Part shown: piece by piece, positions 1 through 11,260 of the stretch
How the letters are laid out: each line of letters starts with the position of its first letter
Position numbering within the stretch: the first letter of the stretch is position 1
NCBI GenBank assembly: GCA_951406725.2
Contig: OX597824.1
Span: forward strand, 4,712,001 to 4,776,000
Reading direction: 5' to 3'
Source: Octopus vulgaris
Lineage: Eukaryota
Length of the DNA stretch: 64,000 bases
Translations under genes and position numbers: made by a program
The notes under the pieces: generated by a model
Databases searched by the model: none
What the model saw: the letters and a program-made list of their open reading frames with translations, nothing else
Told to the model about the DNA's origin: nothing

Positions 1-170
1 CAACTGTGCAGACCCCACACCACCACAATATACTCAAACACACAACATATACATACAAATATACATACACATATACACATGACATAACTTGCACACACAT
101 ACAACTCATTCCCCCATTGCCTCCCATTTATTTTTGTTCTCTTAGCTGCAAAACCCAGTTTACTACCTCT

Positions 171-222
171 ATTTCCTCTCTTCAACCATCCACAACCATT
201 TCCTCTCTTCAACCATGTCACA
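171..222. repeat. 27-bp tandem duplication
   Basis: atttcctctcttcaaccat(c/g).acaa occurs twice, 27 nt apart (starts 171 and 198). Confidence 0.8.
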
Positions 223-717
223 AAACTAATAACACAACCGATCTCACTCCACGTAATTTTTTTCTTTCTCACTTCCTTTTCTTTATATTCTTTCTTTCCT
301 GTCTTCTTTTCTGCTTTTCTTTGAAGAAGAAGAAACTGTCCAAAATGTAAAATATTCCCCGTTTCTTCTCCATTCTAATTTTAAACTAATATGCAAAACT
401 TTATGTTTCTTTTGTCTGGTTTTGTTCAGGAGACATTTTCTTGGAATTTTGGACAAATAAAAACAACTATGTGAATATAAACAGAATATATATATAAAAG
501 AAAATTGAAGGAGCTGGTGTGATGAATGTTTTGGATAATTTTGCAAAAGAGCATATAAATTATTTTGAAATAACATTGGATGTGTTCATAGATCTAGCCA
601 CTAGATAACTAGTACAAGGGGAATAACTTATTTGAATAGTGATGTAAGAGATTTTACCAGACAAAGTAACGTTTGATATTTAATAAAGAGTAAATATTAA
701 TTAATATAAAGATTACT

Positions 718-1127
718 CTTTTTTTTTTTTACTTGTTTCAGTCATTTGACTGCGGCCATGCTGGAGCACCGCCTTTAGTCGAGCAAATCAACCCCGGGAC
801 TTATTCTTTGTAAGCCCAGTACTTATTCTATCGGTCTCTTTTGCCGAACTGCTAAGTTACGGGGATGTAAACACACCAGCATCGGTTGTCAAGCAATACT
901 AGGGGAACAAACACAGACACACAAACATATTCACACACACTTATATATATATATACATATATACGACAGGCTTCTTTCAGTTTCCGTCTACCAAATCCAC
1001 TCACAAGGCATTGGTTGGCCCGGGGCTATAGCAGAAGACACGTGCCCAAGATGCCACGCAGTGGGACTGAACCCGGAACCATGTGGTTGGTTAGCAAGCT
1101 ACTTACCAAACAGCCACTCCTGCGCCT
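718..1127 (-). mobile_element. tRNA-derived SINE, family A (full length)
   Basis: Minus strand starts aggcgcaggagtggctgt..ggtaag (A-box-like) and has ggttcagtccc (B-box-like), an internal (TA)/(TG) tract and a 3' end gactgaaacaagtaaaaa; at least 8 matching copies in the window. Confidence 0.9.
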
Positions 1128-1267
1128 ATAGATGGTAATGTATATATAATTAAGGAGGTAATAAAGCAATATTGAATGGTAACAATTCTAAAGGATTAGG
1201 AGATATTGAGAAAATATTGCAATTCTATGAAGAAAATCAAGAATGGTACAAACAAATAAATTAAAAT

Positions 1268-1512
1268 CATCATCATCATCGTATAACGTCCGTTTTCCGT
1301 GCTAGCACGGGTTCCACCGGGGTCTGGGAAGCCAGGAGGCTGCACCAGGCTCCAGTCTGATCTGGCAGTGTTTCTACAGCTGGATGCCCTTCCTAACGCC
1401 AACCACTCCGTGAGTGTAGTGGGTGCTTTTTACGTGCCACCGGCACAGATGCCAGGGGAGGCTGGCAGCAGTCACAATTGGTTGATGCTTTTTTTACGTG
1501 CCACCAGCACAG
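1268..1512 (-). mobile_element. RTE-clade LINE 3' UTR fragment with (GAT)n tail
   Basis: Matches the 3' end of 23203-24082, which is contiguous with RTE ORF coding sequence. Confidence 0.85.
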
Positions 1513-2236
1513 GTATGTATTCGTTAAAAATATTTGAAGAAAAAAATTATTATTTAAGGGGTTTGAATTCTGTCTAAATAAGGATTTGAGGGTAATAATT
1601 GAGAAAGTAAAACTAAAATGGGTTGGAACAATAATAGTGTATAAACTATATGACTGGGAATGTAAATGATACATTGACGATTATTTTAGATAAAAGGTTC
1701 TATCTAGATAAAAAGTTGAAAGGTGTTAATTTAAGAAGTAAAGCTAAACAGTAAAGGTGTATATGATTAAAATATAGACGAGACATAAAAGATTCATGAA
1801 TTTGACAAAATTTATGTGAAGCTAAGAGGTAAACAGGCATTTATTTAAAAGGTAGACTTAATATTTTTGATGAATGGACTCAAAAAGGCTAACTAAATAT
1901 ATTTTTTTTTTATTATGTTGTTAGATTTAAATTGAAAGGTAGTAGATGAAGAAAGGCAGTGACAAAGGAAGTAAGTCTAAGAACATTGATGAAGTTATAA
2001 TAGGAAGAGGGATGAAAAATGTGAAAGAGCATATTAATTAAGATTTACAGGAACAAGGATATGAGAAAATATTAGATAAAATATAAAAAGCTGTAGTGCA
2101 GTAACTTAATTTGTAGGAGGGGTAGTACATTGTAATCATAATTTAATTATGTTAATCAGAAGAAAAAGATCAATTCAGGCTCCAGTATATATAAATTGAC
2201 CAACTCTGCAAGGATATGAAAACAAATTGTAATAGA

Positions 2237-2430
2237 TCAATTTAAGGATATAAAATACTGTATTTAATTAGTTAGGGAATCATGAAAGTGTAATTGGAAA
2301 GGGAGATCAAAATTAAATAAACAAGTAAAAGAAATTCAGATAATTTTATAATGCACATCAATTTAGGGTTGTGAAATAATGTATTTAATTAGTTGGGGAA
2401 CCATGGAAGAGTAATTAGGAAAAGGAATAC
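2237..2430. repeat. diverged ~121-bp tandem duplication
   Basis: tcaattta.gg...aaata.tgtatttaattagtt.gggaa.catg.aag.gtaatt occurs at about 2237 and 2358. Confidence 0.7.
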
Positions 2431-3299
2431 ATAAGACAAAAAACGTTCAAAGTCGAATAAATATGTAGAAGGAATTTATACAGAAAAGTGTAAATTTGGA
2501 ATTAAGATTATACAATGAGGAAGAATGAATGAAGAAGGTGAGTTTATGAGGGGAGGCACGGCTAACTGGAGAGTAAATAATTATATATATCAAGTGATTG
2601 GAATGTAAAGGTGGAAACAAAGAAAGACAGAGTGTTGCTAGTGGTAGAGGTAATTAATATGTTTAAAATTTTTGTAAAATCCTAAAAGCCATGTGTATGA
2701 GGGATGAAATCCTTTCAGAATGTGTATTTAAGGTTAAGTTACTGATGCTAAGATTTCCAAATACCCAGTTATGCAACCTCCCACAGTTTTTTTTTTTTTC
2801 TTGCATGTTTCTAATGTAGGATTTATTAGCTTTGGCGAGTAAGATATTCCAGTTTAGATCATAAGGTAGAGGTTTATTTTCCAATTCTCCAATGTAGCTA
2901 AATAGCAAACTTTTATTCTAAACCTTTTTTTTAATTAATCTAGCCATTTAAAAATTCCTCAAATTATACAATCAACCTTCTGTTAGTGTCAATTTCATAA
3001 AAAAATATATATTTCAACTCTGCATTCTTTGCAATAAATACTTCATTTTTAATGTGGAATGTTGTTAATTCTAGAGCAGTTTTTAACAAACATTTTAAAT
3101 TATTATGCTTCTTTGAACTTTTATTCACCACAAACACACAACAAAAAAAAAACTGACAATCAAACATCTCAACTACAAAAAGTAGTTCCAAATAATTGTG
3201 CTTTCTATTGAGGGCAGAAAATTTCATCAAAACAATTTACTCCTCCTAGATACAAAATTCTGACTGGAAACAATAAACAACAACAGCTTCTCTATTCAC

Positions 3300-4070
3300 A
3301 TTGTTCAAAAGCCATGGCTGCCAAGTACTTAATCCCTCAGAACTATGTTATATCAGGAAACATAAAAATAAACATCCTAATAGCAAACTTACTAAGAACA
3401 ATTTGAAATATATCTCGTTTGTGCCAAATCTGCGAAATAAAAAAAAGTTTGCATAAGACTTCCTCCCCTACATTGCAATTCTTCAGGCATAACCAAAAGA
3501 ATTGAATCAGGGAGTACAAAGGAACTATGAAAAACAAGTTAGAAAGCAACATTAAAAATGATACAAATGGAACCTGCCTGTACGTTTGGAGCAAGACATT
3601 GAATGCATTATAAAGAATAAAGGAGATAAAGAAGCAAGACAAGCTCACGGAATAATAAGAACAAATCCTGTTGTTATTCCCAAAGGTGAAGTAGCTTATA
3701 AATTCAAGAGAGCATTAAGCAAATTGAAAATTGAAATCGTTGGAAAACTAAGCAGATCTATTACATCACAAATAAAATACACCTTTTCAAAAAGACCACC
3801 TGTATCAAGAACAATAGTATTGTATGCAAAATGAATCTAAAGATAAAATTGTAAAACTAGAAATGTAGAGTACCATCTGAGCTGCATGGAAAGTGAATGC
3901 AAGAACACCACCTTAACTCAGCAAAAAGAATAGAAAAGCATTGGTGCATGAAAAGGAATAAGAAATCAACATCAGCAGTCAATGAGAAACATAATGGTTT
4001 GATAAATAAGATCAAAGGAAAAATTCTATCAACGCACCCATATGAACCCACATTAATCTAAGCTGAAGAT
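3300..4070 (+). mobile_element. Penelope-like element 3' fragment (RT thumb plus GIY-YIG), degraded
   Basis: Frameshifted peptides NPVVIPKGEVAYKFKRALSKLKIEIV (ORF 3586..3834), CIKNNSIVCK, TRNVEYHLSC, KRIEKH..TSAV; this is the PLE linker Zn-knuckle/GIY-YIG order. Confidence 0.55.
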
Positions 4071-4102
4071 GGTGTGTATATGTATATGTTTTATATATAT
4101 AT

Positions 4103-4289
4103 TTCGTTTTTGGATTTGGTTTGCAAGATTTTTTATATGAGTTTGTGTGTTGAAGCAAAACTATTGAAAAGATTGCAAGGCGCAACGAAAATTTTAGGAC
4201 AATAAAAATAAGAAAAAAGTGGAAATTTTACAGATGAGTGTGTTAAATAATAAGGCACAAAAAGAAAATGACTCTCCCCAGACACAACA

Positions 4290-4330
<41 letters not shown>
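4103..4330 (+). mobile_element. short interspersed repeat ending in (TA)n, with a minimal hammerhead-like motif (copy 1)
   Basis: About 135 bp shared with 32432-32568 (aaaactattgaaaag...gactctccccagaca); flanked by (TA)n. Confidence 0.75.
4161..4197 (+). ncRNA. candidate minimal type I hammerhead ribozyme, U3-A8 core variant
   Basis: CTA-TTGAAAA-G-ATTGC-aaggc-GCAAC-GAA-AA-TT-T-TAG: 3-bp stem I, core, stem II (one mismatch), GAAA, palindromic stem III. Confidence 0.5.
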
Positions 4331-4336
<6 letters not shown>

Positions 4337-4466
4337 TATGAAAATGTTACAAGTATAAGGTGTGTTATGAGCATTTATAGAACACATATCCTATATAAAC
4401 TCAACAAGCAATTAAAGATGGAGAAGAGAAGGTGTTAAAAGTTTTATAGAATTTTAAATTTATATG

Positions 4467-4507
<41 letters not shown>

Positions 4508-4914
4508 GTGTGTATATATATATACACACACACACACACATATCCACACACACACACACACATACATATTTTAATAGAGAAGGTCAGTTTGTGAGATTAC
4601 TCTGGGTTTCCTGTCCATAAATGGTTTAGCTTCATGACATATTGTCAGACCCTAAAACCTTTATAAAGCTAAACCCTTTATGTATATATATATATATATA
4701 TAATTTATGTGTGTGTGTATATATATATATATATACACACAATATATATATACATATTTGGTAATAGAGAAGGTGGCAGTTTGTGAGATTACTCTGGGTT
4801 TTCACAACTAACTCCACACACAAAGCTTTAGCCCAAGGTTAAAATAGAAGATACTTGCCCAAAGTGTCACATAGAACCTGAAACATATACATGCATAAAT
4901 ATATATATGAGCCC

Positions 4915-5272
4915 CATGCAGGTAGTATGTAAAAAGCACCATCCGAATGTGGCCAATGCCACGGCGACCATGACTGGCTTCTATGCCAGTGGCACGTAAA
5001 AAGTACCATCCAAACATGGCTGATGCCAAATCAAGTACATCAACATTAGCAAAATCAAATCAAATAGAAGTTGTAGTTGTGAACCCTGTGCCGGTAGTAC
5101 ATAAAAAGCACCATCTGAACGTGGCTGATGCCAGTGCTACCATGACTGGCTTTCATGCCGGTGCCACCATGACTGGCTTCCGTGCCGGTGCCACATAAAA
5201 AGCACCATCCAATCATGGTCGATACCAGCTCCCCTGGCCCCTTGTATTAGTGGCACGTAAAAAGCACCAACT
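4915..5272 (+). repeat. tandem ~60-70-bp units related to the RTE 3' UTR
   Basis: Repeated taaaaagcaccatc..aa.gtggc.gatgcca...gactggctt units. Confidence 0.65.
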
Positions 5273-5505
5273 CGATGAGATTATATATATATATATATAT
5301 AAACATACATGCACATACATAGTTACATACATACCTAAATACATAGATATGTATATATAATTTCATTTGGCTGTTAATCTTGGAGTTTACCCTATTAAGT
5401 TCATTCAGAGGTCCAGGCTATCAGGTAGATAGTAATCTGGAGATTGTTTGTTTCATCAAACTCATGCCTGAAACTTCACAAATATCCACAGAGTTTCTAT
5501 AGTCA

Positions 5506-5924
5506 TAACCTAGGTGAATGGTGTAAGCAAGTCCTTTTATTACAGTAATTTACAATTGTTTTGTCAGAAATCGAACACATGAATATTGCTTTTTATGCAA
5601 TATCATATCATATGAAACTATTCATTCATGAGGTGTCTTTGACTCAAATCAAAATTTGACTCTTCAGAATCATGTATATAAGTTATTTGCAGAAGAAACA
5701 TGAATTATCGATAAGTTATACATATATTGAGTTGGGCTTGTTTACATGGTTACATTTACATATTACAAACCAAACAAAAGAAACCCTGATTGGATCTGAC
5801 CAGTCAAGAATAAGGATGGATTGAAAAGGGAATAGAAAAACTCAAATGCAGAAAAGGGAAAGGAAAATTCTAGTTTTTAGACAATATAATAAAATTAACA
5901 GTTTTTGTCTCAAAAGGTACTTTA
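5506..5924 (+). repeat. left arm of a ~420-bp inverted repeat (PLE pseudo-LTR)
   Basis: Reverse complement of 9999-10416; shared blocks include agcaagtccttttattacagtaatttacaattg and gttgggcttgtttacatggttacatttaca. Confidence 0.9.
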
Positions 5925-7119
5925 TAATAATGTTCTTCAAAGTCTTTTTTAGAACTCTTGGGGTATATTTCTTTCATCTGCCATTCAGTCAAGCAAATGC
6001 AGACTTACATTTGTAGTTTTATCATTGTGAAATCTTTTCGTCTGTTACATTATAGTAGTCAGCCAAATATTGGCACTCCAGGAGTCAGATGTCATTTAGC
6101 ACAGAATACAGTGGCCACACACACAAACACACATACATGCCCAAACATACAGACACACAAAAAAGAAATGGATCCCATTGATGCTTAATGGCATGTCCTA
6201 CTTACCAACAGGTAAAAATTAAGTAAAGACATTTCTACACAATCTTACTTGTGCTTTTATGCACAAAGAGGAAAAATCAAAAAAGAAAAAAGGGAGAAAG
6301 AAAAATTTCCCTATCCTTCTTACATTCATTCTAATTGATTCACTCAAATTTCCCAATATATAAACTATTCGGTTACAAATAAATAGATGCAGGTATCCTG
6401 GCACCCCAGCAGACACTCTCATAAAGATACTAGAATTAAAAAGTCTGTATTGTTTCAAGAAACTGCTTTCTCCTTAATATATGATTCATGTGCTCCTGAT
6501 ATCCTGTTTAGAAATCTTTGTAAAATGGGTTTTGGGTGGTGGTCAGAATAATTAATATCTCTCAAATAAATCATTTGTTTCGCATTTTTTGAAAGTTTTT
6601 TCCAAACTTATGGTAGCATCTCAAAATATTCTAAGAGTTCTATTAATCAGATTTTTTCTTTAGATAATAAAAATGCATAACTCTTCAAAACAAAGATTAC
6701 ATAACCTAGAATTTGTATTGTATAGATATGCAGTCCTTACCACAGACCAGGAATTGTTGAATAGAATTTTCCTTTCCATCAAATGCCAGATACGGTTATT
6801 ATGTCTTTTGTTTATATCTCAAAATAATTATGTGATTAGGCCATCAATTTTTGAAAAAAACCACCACTGCACCAACATGTCTATATTTGTTTCCCTTCAG
6901 TTCAAACAAAGCATTTATATATAAGGTTTTTATGGAGGCAGTCATTATCCAAAGGACAGGCTCTTCTATTTCTAAAATTACATTCTTCAACATTATTAAT
7001 AGTATCATTACTTCTTGCATTACTAGATCTGTCTTCTTACGGTTATTCATCTTACAACTACTCCTAGATACAACTACTCCTATCCTGGTAGGGTTTATGT
7101 GGGTAGTGGATTACTACTT

Positions 7120-7465
7120 GTAACCTTAGGTATCCATAAGTTTTCAGTTGTCTTCCAAGTGCTTAGAACCCTCTTGATTATCCTTGCTATCCCTAAAAGA
7201 CAAACTTTCTCTAGGAGCTCTACCGGGCATTCTATTTCAATCTCCTTCAGCCATTTGTCTATATCTTTGCTTACTGTTCCCAACATACCACATATCATAG
7301 TCACAACCTTTACTATTCTCATGCTCCAAATTCTTCCTATTTCAAATTTTAAGGGATTGTATATTTTTTTTCCCCCATTCTCTTTCTTTACAATCCTGGA
7401 ATTAAACAGGCATGATGGGTGAATTAGTTAGCAAATTCACTTATCTATAATTATGTCCAGTCTAT
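7120..7465 (-). mobile_element. R4/Dong-type (RLE) LINE C-terminal fragment nested in the PLE
   Basis: ORF 7095..7322(-) VVTMICGMLGTVSKDIDKWL..VELLEKVCLLGIARIIKRVL is homologous to the C-terminus of ORF 14900..15250. Confidence 0.8.
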
Positions 7466-7479
7466 TACTATTATTATTC

Positions 7480-7691
7480 AGGTGGTGAGCTGACAGAATC
7501 ATTACTGCGCTGAGCATAATGCTTCATGGCATTTCATCTATCTTTACATTCTGAGTTCAAATTCCACTGAGGTTGACTTTGCCTTTCATCCTTTCAGGGT
7601 CAATAGATTAAGTACCAGTTATACACTGGGGGTCAATGTAATTGACTTAGCACCTCTTTGAAATTGCTGGCCATGTGCCAATATTTGAAAC

Positions 7692-7724
<33 letters not shown>

Positions 7725-7950
7725 CATCGAGGTAGCAAGGTGGCAAAACTGACAGCATACTTAGCAGAGTTTCATCCATCTTTATGCTCTGAGTTCAAAT
7801 TCTGTTGAGGTTGACTTTGCCTTTCATTCTTTTGGGGGCAATAAATAAATACCAGTTGAGCACTGGGGTCAGTGTAAGCAACTAGCCCGCTTCCCTAAAA
7901 CTTTCATATACTTGTGCCTATATAGTGCAAAGGATTGTTGTTGTTATTGT
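7480..7950 (+). mobile_element. two tandem SINE family C copies separated by (ATT)n
   Basis: ggtgagctgacagaatc..ctgagttcaaattcc..gttgactttgcctttcatccttt..agtaccagt, present twice. Confidence 0.85.
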
Positions 7951-9549
7951 TACCCACATCGTATTACAAAACTAACAACACATTCAATCTTGCTCTATGT
8001 AATATTTTTCTCCAACTTTTTTCTCCATTCTTTCTTTCCTCTGTAATTATTATTATTGTATTCCTAATACAATTAATATTATAAGTATTACTATTAGGAT
8101 TATTATTATTATTTCTGTCCTTAATATGATTATTATCACAATCTTTACTATTTGCAGTAATATTTCTAGGATCCCTACATTCCACACTGAGGACAGCAGC
8201 CAACATTGTTATTTGTCTGTCATCTATCAGATTATTACTCAATTCATCCACATTCAGTTGAGTTGTTTCTATATTATTGCTTGAATTGTTATAAATCTGG
8301 TTAAGTTTCCTATTATTCAATTTGAAAATATAATATTCTACATTATAAGATGTTGCACAAGACAGTTTCACCGTATCTGTTGAAGATGATATTTACTGGA
8401 TCTAGGGAAATGTTTGTCCAACGCATTGAAAAACACTTGAGCAACTTTAAAGGAAATGTGGAGTTCAACTACCAGATCATACCAAAAATATTCCCTTTTT
8501 AACCAACATATCATTAAGGTGATCATTTCTGTCACTCTAACATCCATACTCATGTATGGTGGAATTTCCATTGAATCCAAAATTTACTTTCCTCTTCCTA
8601 TAAGATGGGATTGAAGCTTCCACACAATGGAATTGTGTAGGATCAATATTTACACCAGTCTTTACCTTATTCTCATAAATTTTACTAGTCCTGTTATTGT
8701 TTGGCATGGCCTTATCAGTTACAGTATTCCTATAATTGTTATTATTCTGTTTGTTACTATCATTCCTATTCATATCAAATCCATCATATTTGTATTTCAC
8801 TCTGTCATGCTCATTGCTTTCTGGTTTCCATTGTTTCTTTCCAGTCTGATGGTTTTGTATTCATTATTATTTTTTGGTTCCATATTAGTGCTGTCAGGAT
8901 GCATTTTTATCCAATAATAGGAATATAATTGATATTTTAACTATACCTAGCCTTAGATAGTGTGATGTTGTAATAATCCACATGTGAGTTAACGATGTTT
9001 TCATTTCCAGAAAGTCTAGATATTCTGTGGGACACACTACTAACTATTGCATCTATAACAGAGCTTGAATGATTTGAATTTCTATTAACATATGTTAATG
9101 ACACAGTGATATAAACCAACATTCAGGTTTAATGAGATATCAAGGAAATTAGCCAGTCAGTAATTCTTTTCCATTGTTATGGATAACCTAAAGTTATTAA
9201 GGAACTTAGATAGTTCTTTTATTTTTTTTTCCTATTTCTCTCTAGTTCCCATATCAGTTTATAATGAAAAGAGGGCCAGACCTACAAAGATCCCACCCAC
9301 CACTAGTTTAGAAAATGAGGACTCCATTTGGAACAGAATGTATATTCTAATGAGATCTGTAACTTGTGCCAAGTCCATAGACCTCATTGTTAAGTCAAAA
9401 TTATTCATTCTATCACTGCAGGTCCAGAGTGTTTCTTTATAGTCTATTAAAGTTTTACATATGTAAAATAGTATCAGTATCAGATTCAGATAAAATAGAC
9501 TCCTTCATGGCAAATATTAAGGTTTTATTTGACTGTATTGGATTTACAG

Positions 9550-9877
9550 TGGTTAGAGCGTCGAGCTTACGATCGTGAGGTTGTGAGCTCGAATCCCGGA
9601 CCGGGCTGCGTGTTGTGTTCTTGAGCAAGACACTTTATTTCACGTTGCTCCAGTTCACTCAGCTGTAGAAATGAGTTGCGATGTCACGGGTGTGAAACTG
9701 TATTGGCCTTTGGCTTTCCCTTGGATAACACTGGTGGCGTGGAGAGGGAAGGCCAGTATGCATGGGCGACTGCTGGTCTTCCATAAACCACCTTGCCCAG
9801 ATTTGTGACTAGGAGGGTAACTTTCTAGGTGCAATCCCATGGTCAGTGTCGTGACCGAAGGGGGTCCCGGATCCCGG
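9550..9877 (+). mobile_element. tRNA-derived CORE-like SINE (family D) with a 13-bp TSD
   Basis: attggatttacag at 9537-9549 and 9878-9890; tggttagagcg (A box), ctcgaatcc (B box), CORE-like gtgttcttgagcaagacactttatttc. Confidence 0.9.
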
Positions 9878-9998
9878 ATTGGATTTACAGAAGAGTAGGA
9901 GCATCATACACAAGTAGTATGAATTTATTCTAAGCTTTAAAACCAGTTGATAACATCAAGTATATCTGACCATAATGTAAGTTTAATTTTAGATGCTG

Positions 9999-10416
9999 TA
10001 AAGTACTTTTTAAGACAGAAACTCAAGATTATACTTTATCATATTGTCTAGAAACAAGAACTTACCTTTCTCTTTCTTTCATTTTACATTTTTTATTCTT
10101 CTCCGTTCATCCTTTGTCTAAACTGGTCAATTCAAATCGGGGTTTGTTTTGTTTGACTTGTAATGTGTAAATGTAACCATGTAAACAAGCCCAACTCAAT
10201 ATAGGTATACATTATTGATAATTCATGTATCTACAGCAAATAACTTTTATGCTTGATTCTGAAGAGTCAAATTTTGATTTGTGTCAAAGACACCTCATGA
10301 ATGAATAGTTTCAAATGTTATTCATAATATAGCAATATGCATGAGATCAATTTCCAATGAAACAATTGTAAATTACTGTAATAAAAGGACTTGCTCGCTT
10401 CATTTTCCTTGTTTAT
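9999..10416 (-). repeat. right arm of the inverted repeat (inverted pseudo-LTR at the PLE 5' junction)
   Basis: Reverse complement of 5506-5924; abuts the truncated RT coding sequence. Confidence 0.9.
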
Positions 10417-10433
10417 AGATATACATACATACA

Positions 10434-10507
<74 letters not shown>

Positions 10508-10584
10508 TATATATATGTACATATATAGATACAGATATAGACTGATAGATGTGTGTGTGTATCTGGGTATGTGTGTGTGTGTAC

Positions 10585-10677
10585 AGGCATTGGTGTGGTT
10601 GTGTAGTAAGATGTTTGCTTCCCAATCAGAAGGTTCCAGGTTCAGTCCCACTGTGTTGTACCTTGGTCAAGTGTCTG
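10585..10677 (+). mobile_element. SINE family A, head only
   Basis: gtggttgtgtagtaagatgtttgcttcccaa..ggttcagtcccactg. Confidence 0.7.
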
Positions 10678-11074
10678 CTTATCCTTCACCACTGCTTCAC
10701 AAACCAGTGTTGATTTGCTGCCATGTCCAGGAAACAAAACCACAACCATAAGCCCAACATCAAAACCACCATGCTATATGGATTCACTTAAAATACCCCC
10801 TACCACGACCACGCACACACACATTAATTTAATAATCTGCAACTATCAAGTACTGTCAAGTGAATGACAGCTGTAAATGAGTGTCACTGTTATGCAAGCA
10901 TTGTCAATCATTTCCAATATTCTGCAAAAACATGTCTGGCCATGAAGAAATATTAACTTGCTTTGAAACAGATGACCATTGGTGAAAGGAAGGGCATCCA
11001 GCCACAGAATATCTGCCTCATCAAATTCCATCTGAGCCATGCAAGCAAAGAAGAATGAACATTGAATGATAATG

Positions 11075-11111
<37 letters not shown>

Positions 11112-11221
11112 GCATGCACATATATTAAATATATATACATATACATAGTAGCTATGTAAGATATAGTATATATATATATAGAGAGAGAGGGAGACACATA
11201 CATATGAACATGCACACACAT

Positions 11222-11260
<39 letters not shown>

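Larger units (their letters stand above)
350..2950 (-). mobile_element. possible highly degraded retroelement (PLE-like RT remnant), split by SINE-A and an RTE tail
   Basis: ORF 1393..1674(-) contains SLYTIIVP and IFLTNTY, resembling the PLE RT motifs FDF-LYT-IP and FL-DN-Y; the minus strand is strongly pyrimidine-skewed; no intact frame. Confidence 0.3.
5360..10416 (-). mobile_element. Penelope-like element (Naiad-like RT plus GIY-YIG), 5'-truncated and degraded, with inverted terminal repeats
   Basis: Minus-strand peptides in order: LWSDILDVINWF; FDLTMRSMDLAQVTDLIRIYIL; ITMEKN..ANFLDISLNLN; YVNRNSNHSSSVIDAIVSSVSHRISRLS; FFNALDKHFP..VKLSCATSYN; CNFRNRRACPLDNDCLHKNLIYKC..YRHVG; WSVVRTAYLYN..RLCNLCFEE. 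Both ends lie in (TA)/(TACA) microsatellite. Confidence 0.85.

Noticed and set aside
886-1131. Recurrent ORF ..SFSFRLPNPLTR..GTEPGTMW.. (also at 41895 and 48477)
   Set aside because: Antisense reading of SINE family A, not a gene family
6600-7000. In-frame TGA codons as selenocysteine in the Naiad-like GIY-YIG
   Set aside because: The TGAs are more simply explained as CGA decay (e.g. KN*W for KNRW), and the copy also has frameshifts and other stop codons
10255-10300. Hammerhead in the PLE inverted arms (CTGAAGA-GTCAAAT..ATTTG)
   Set aside because: The core and a hairpin are present, but no GAAA or stem III follows in either arm
5506-10416. DNA transposon with long TIRs
   Set aside because: No transposase remnant; the interior is RT plus GIY-YIG, and one arm abuts a truncated RT
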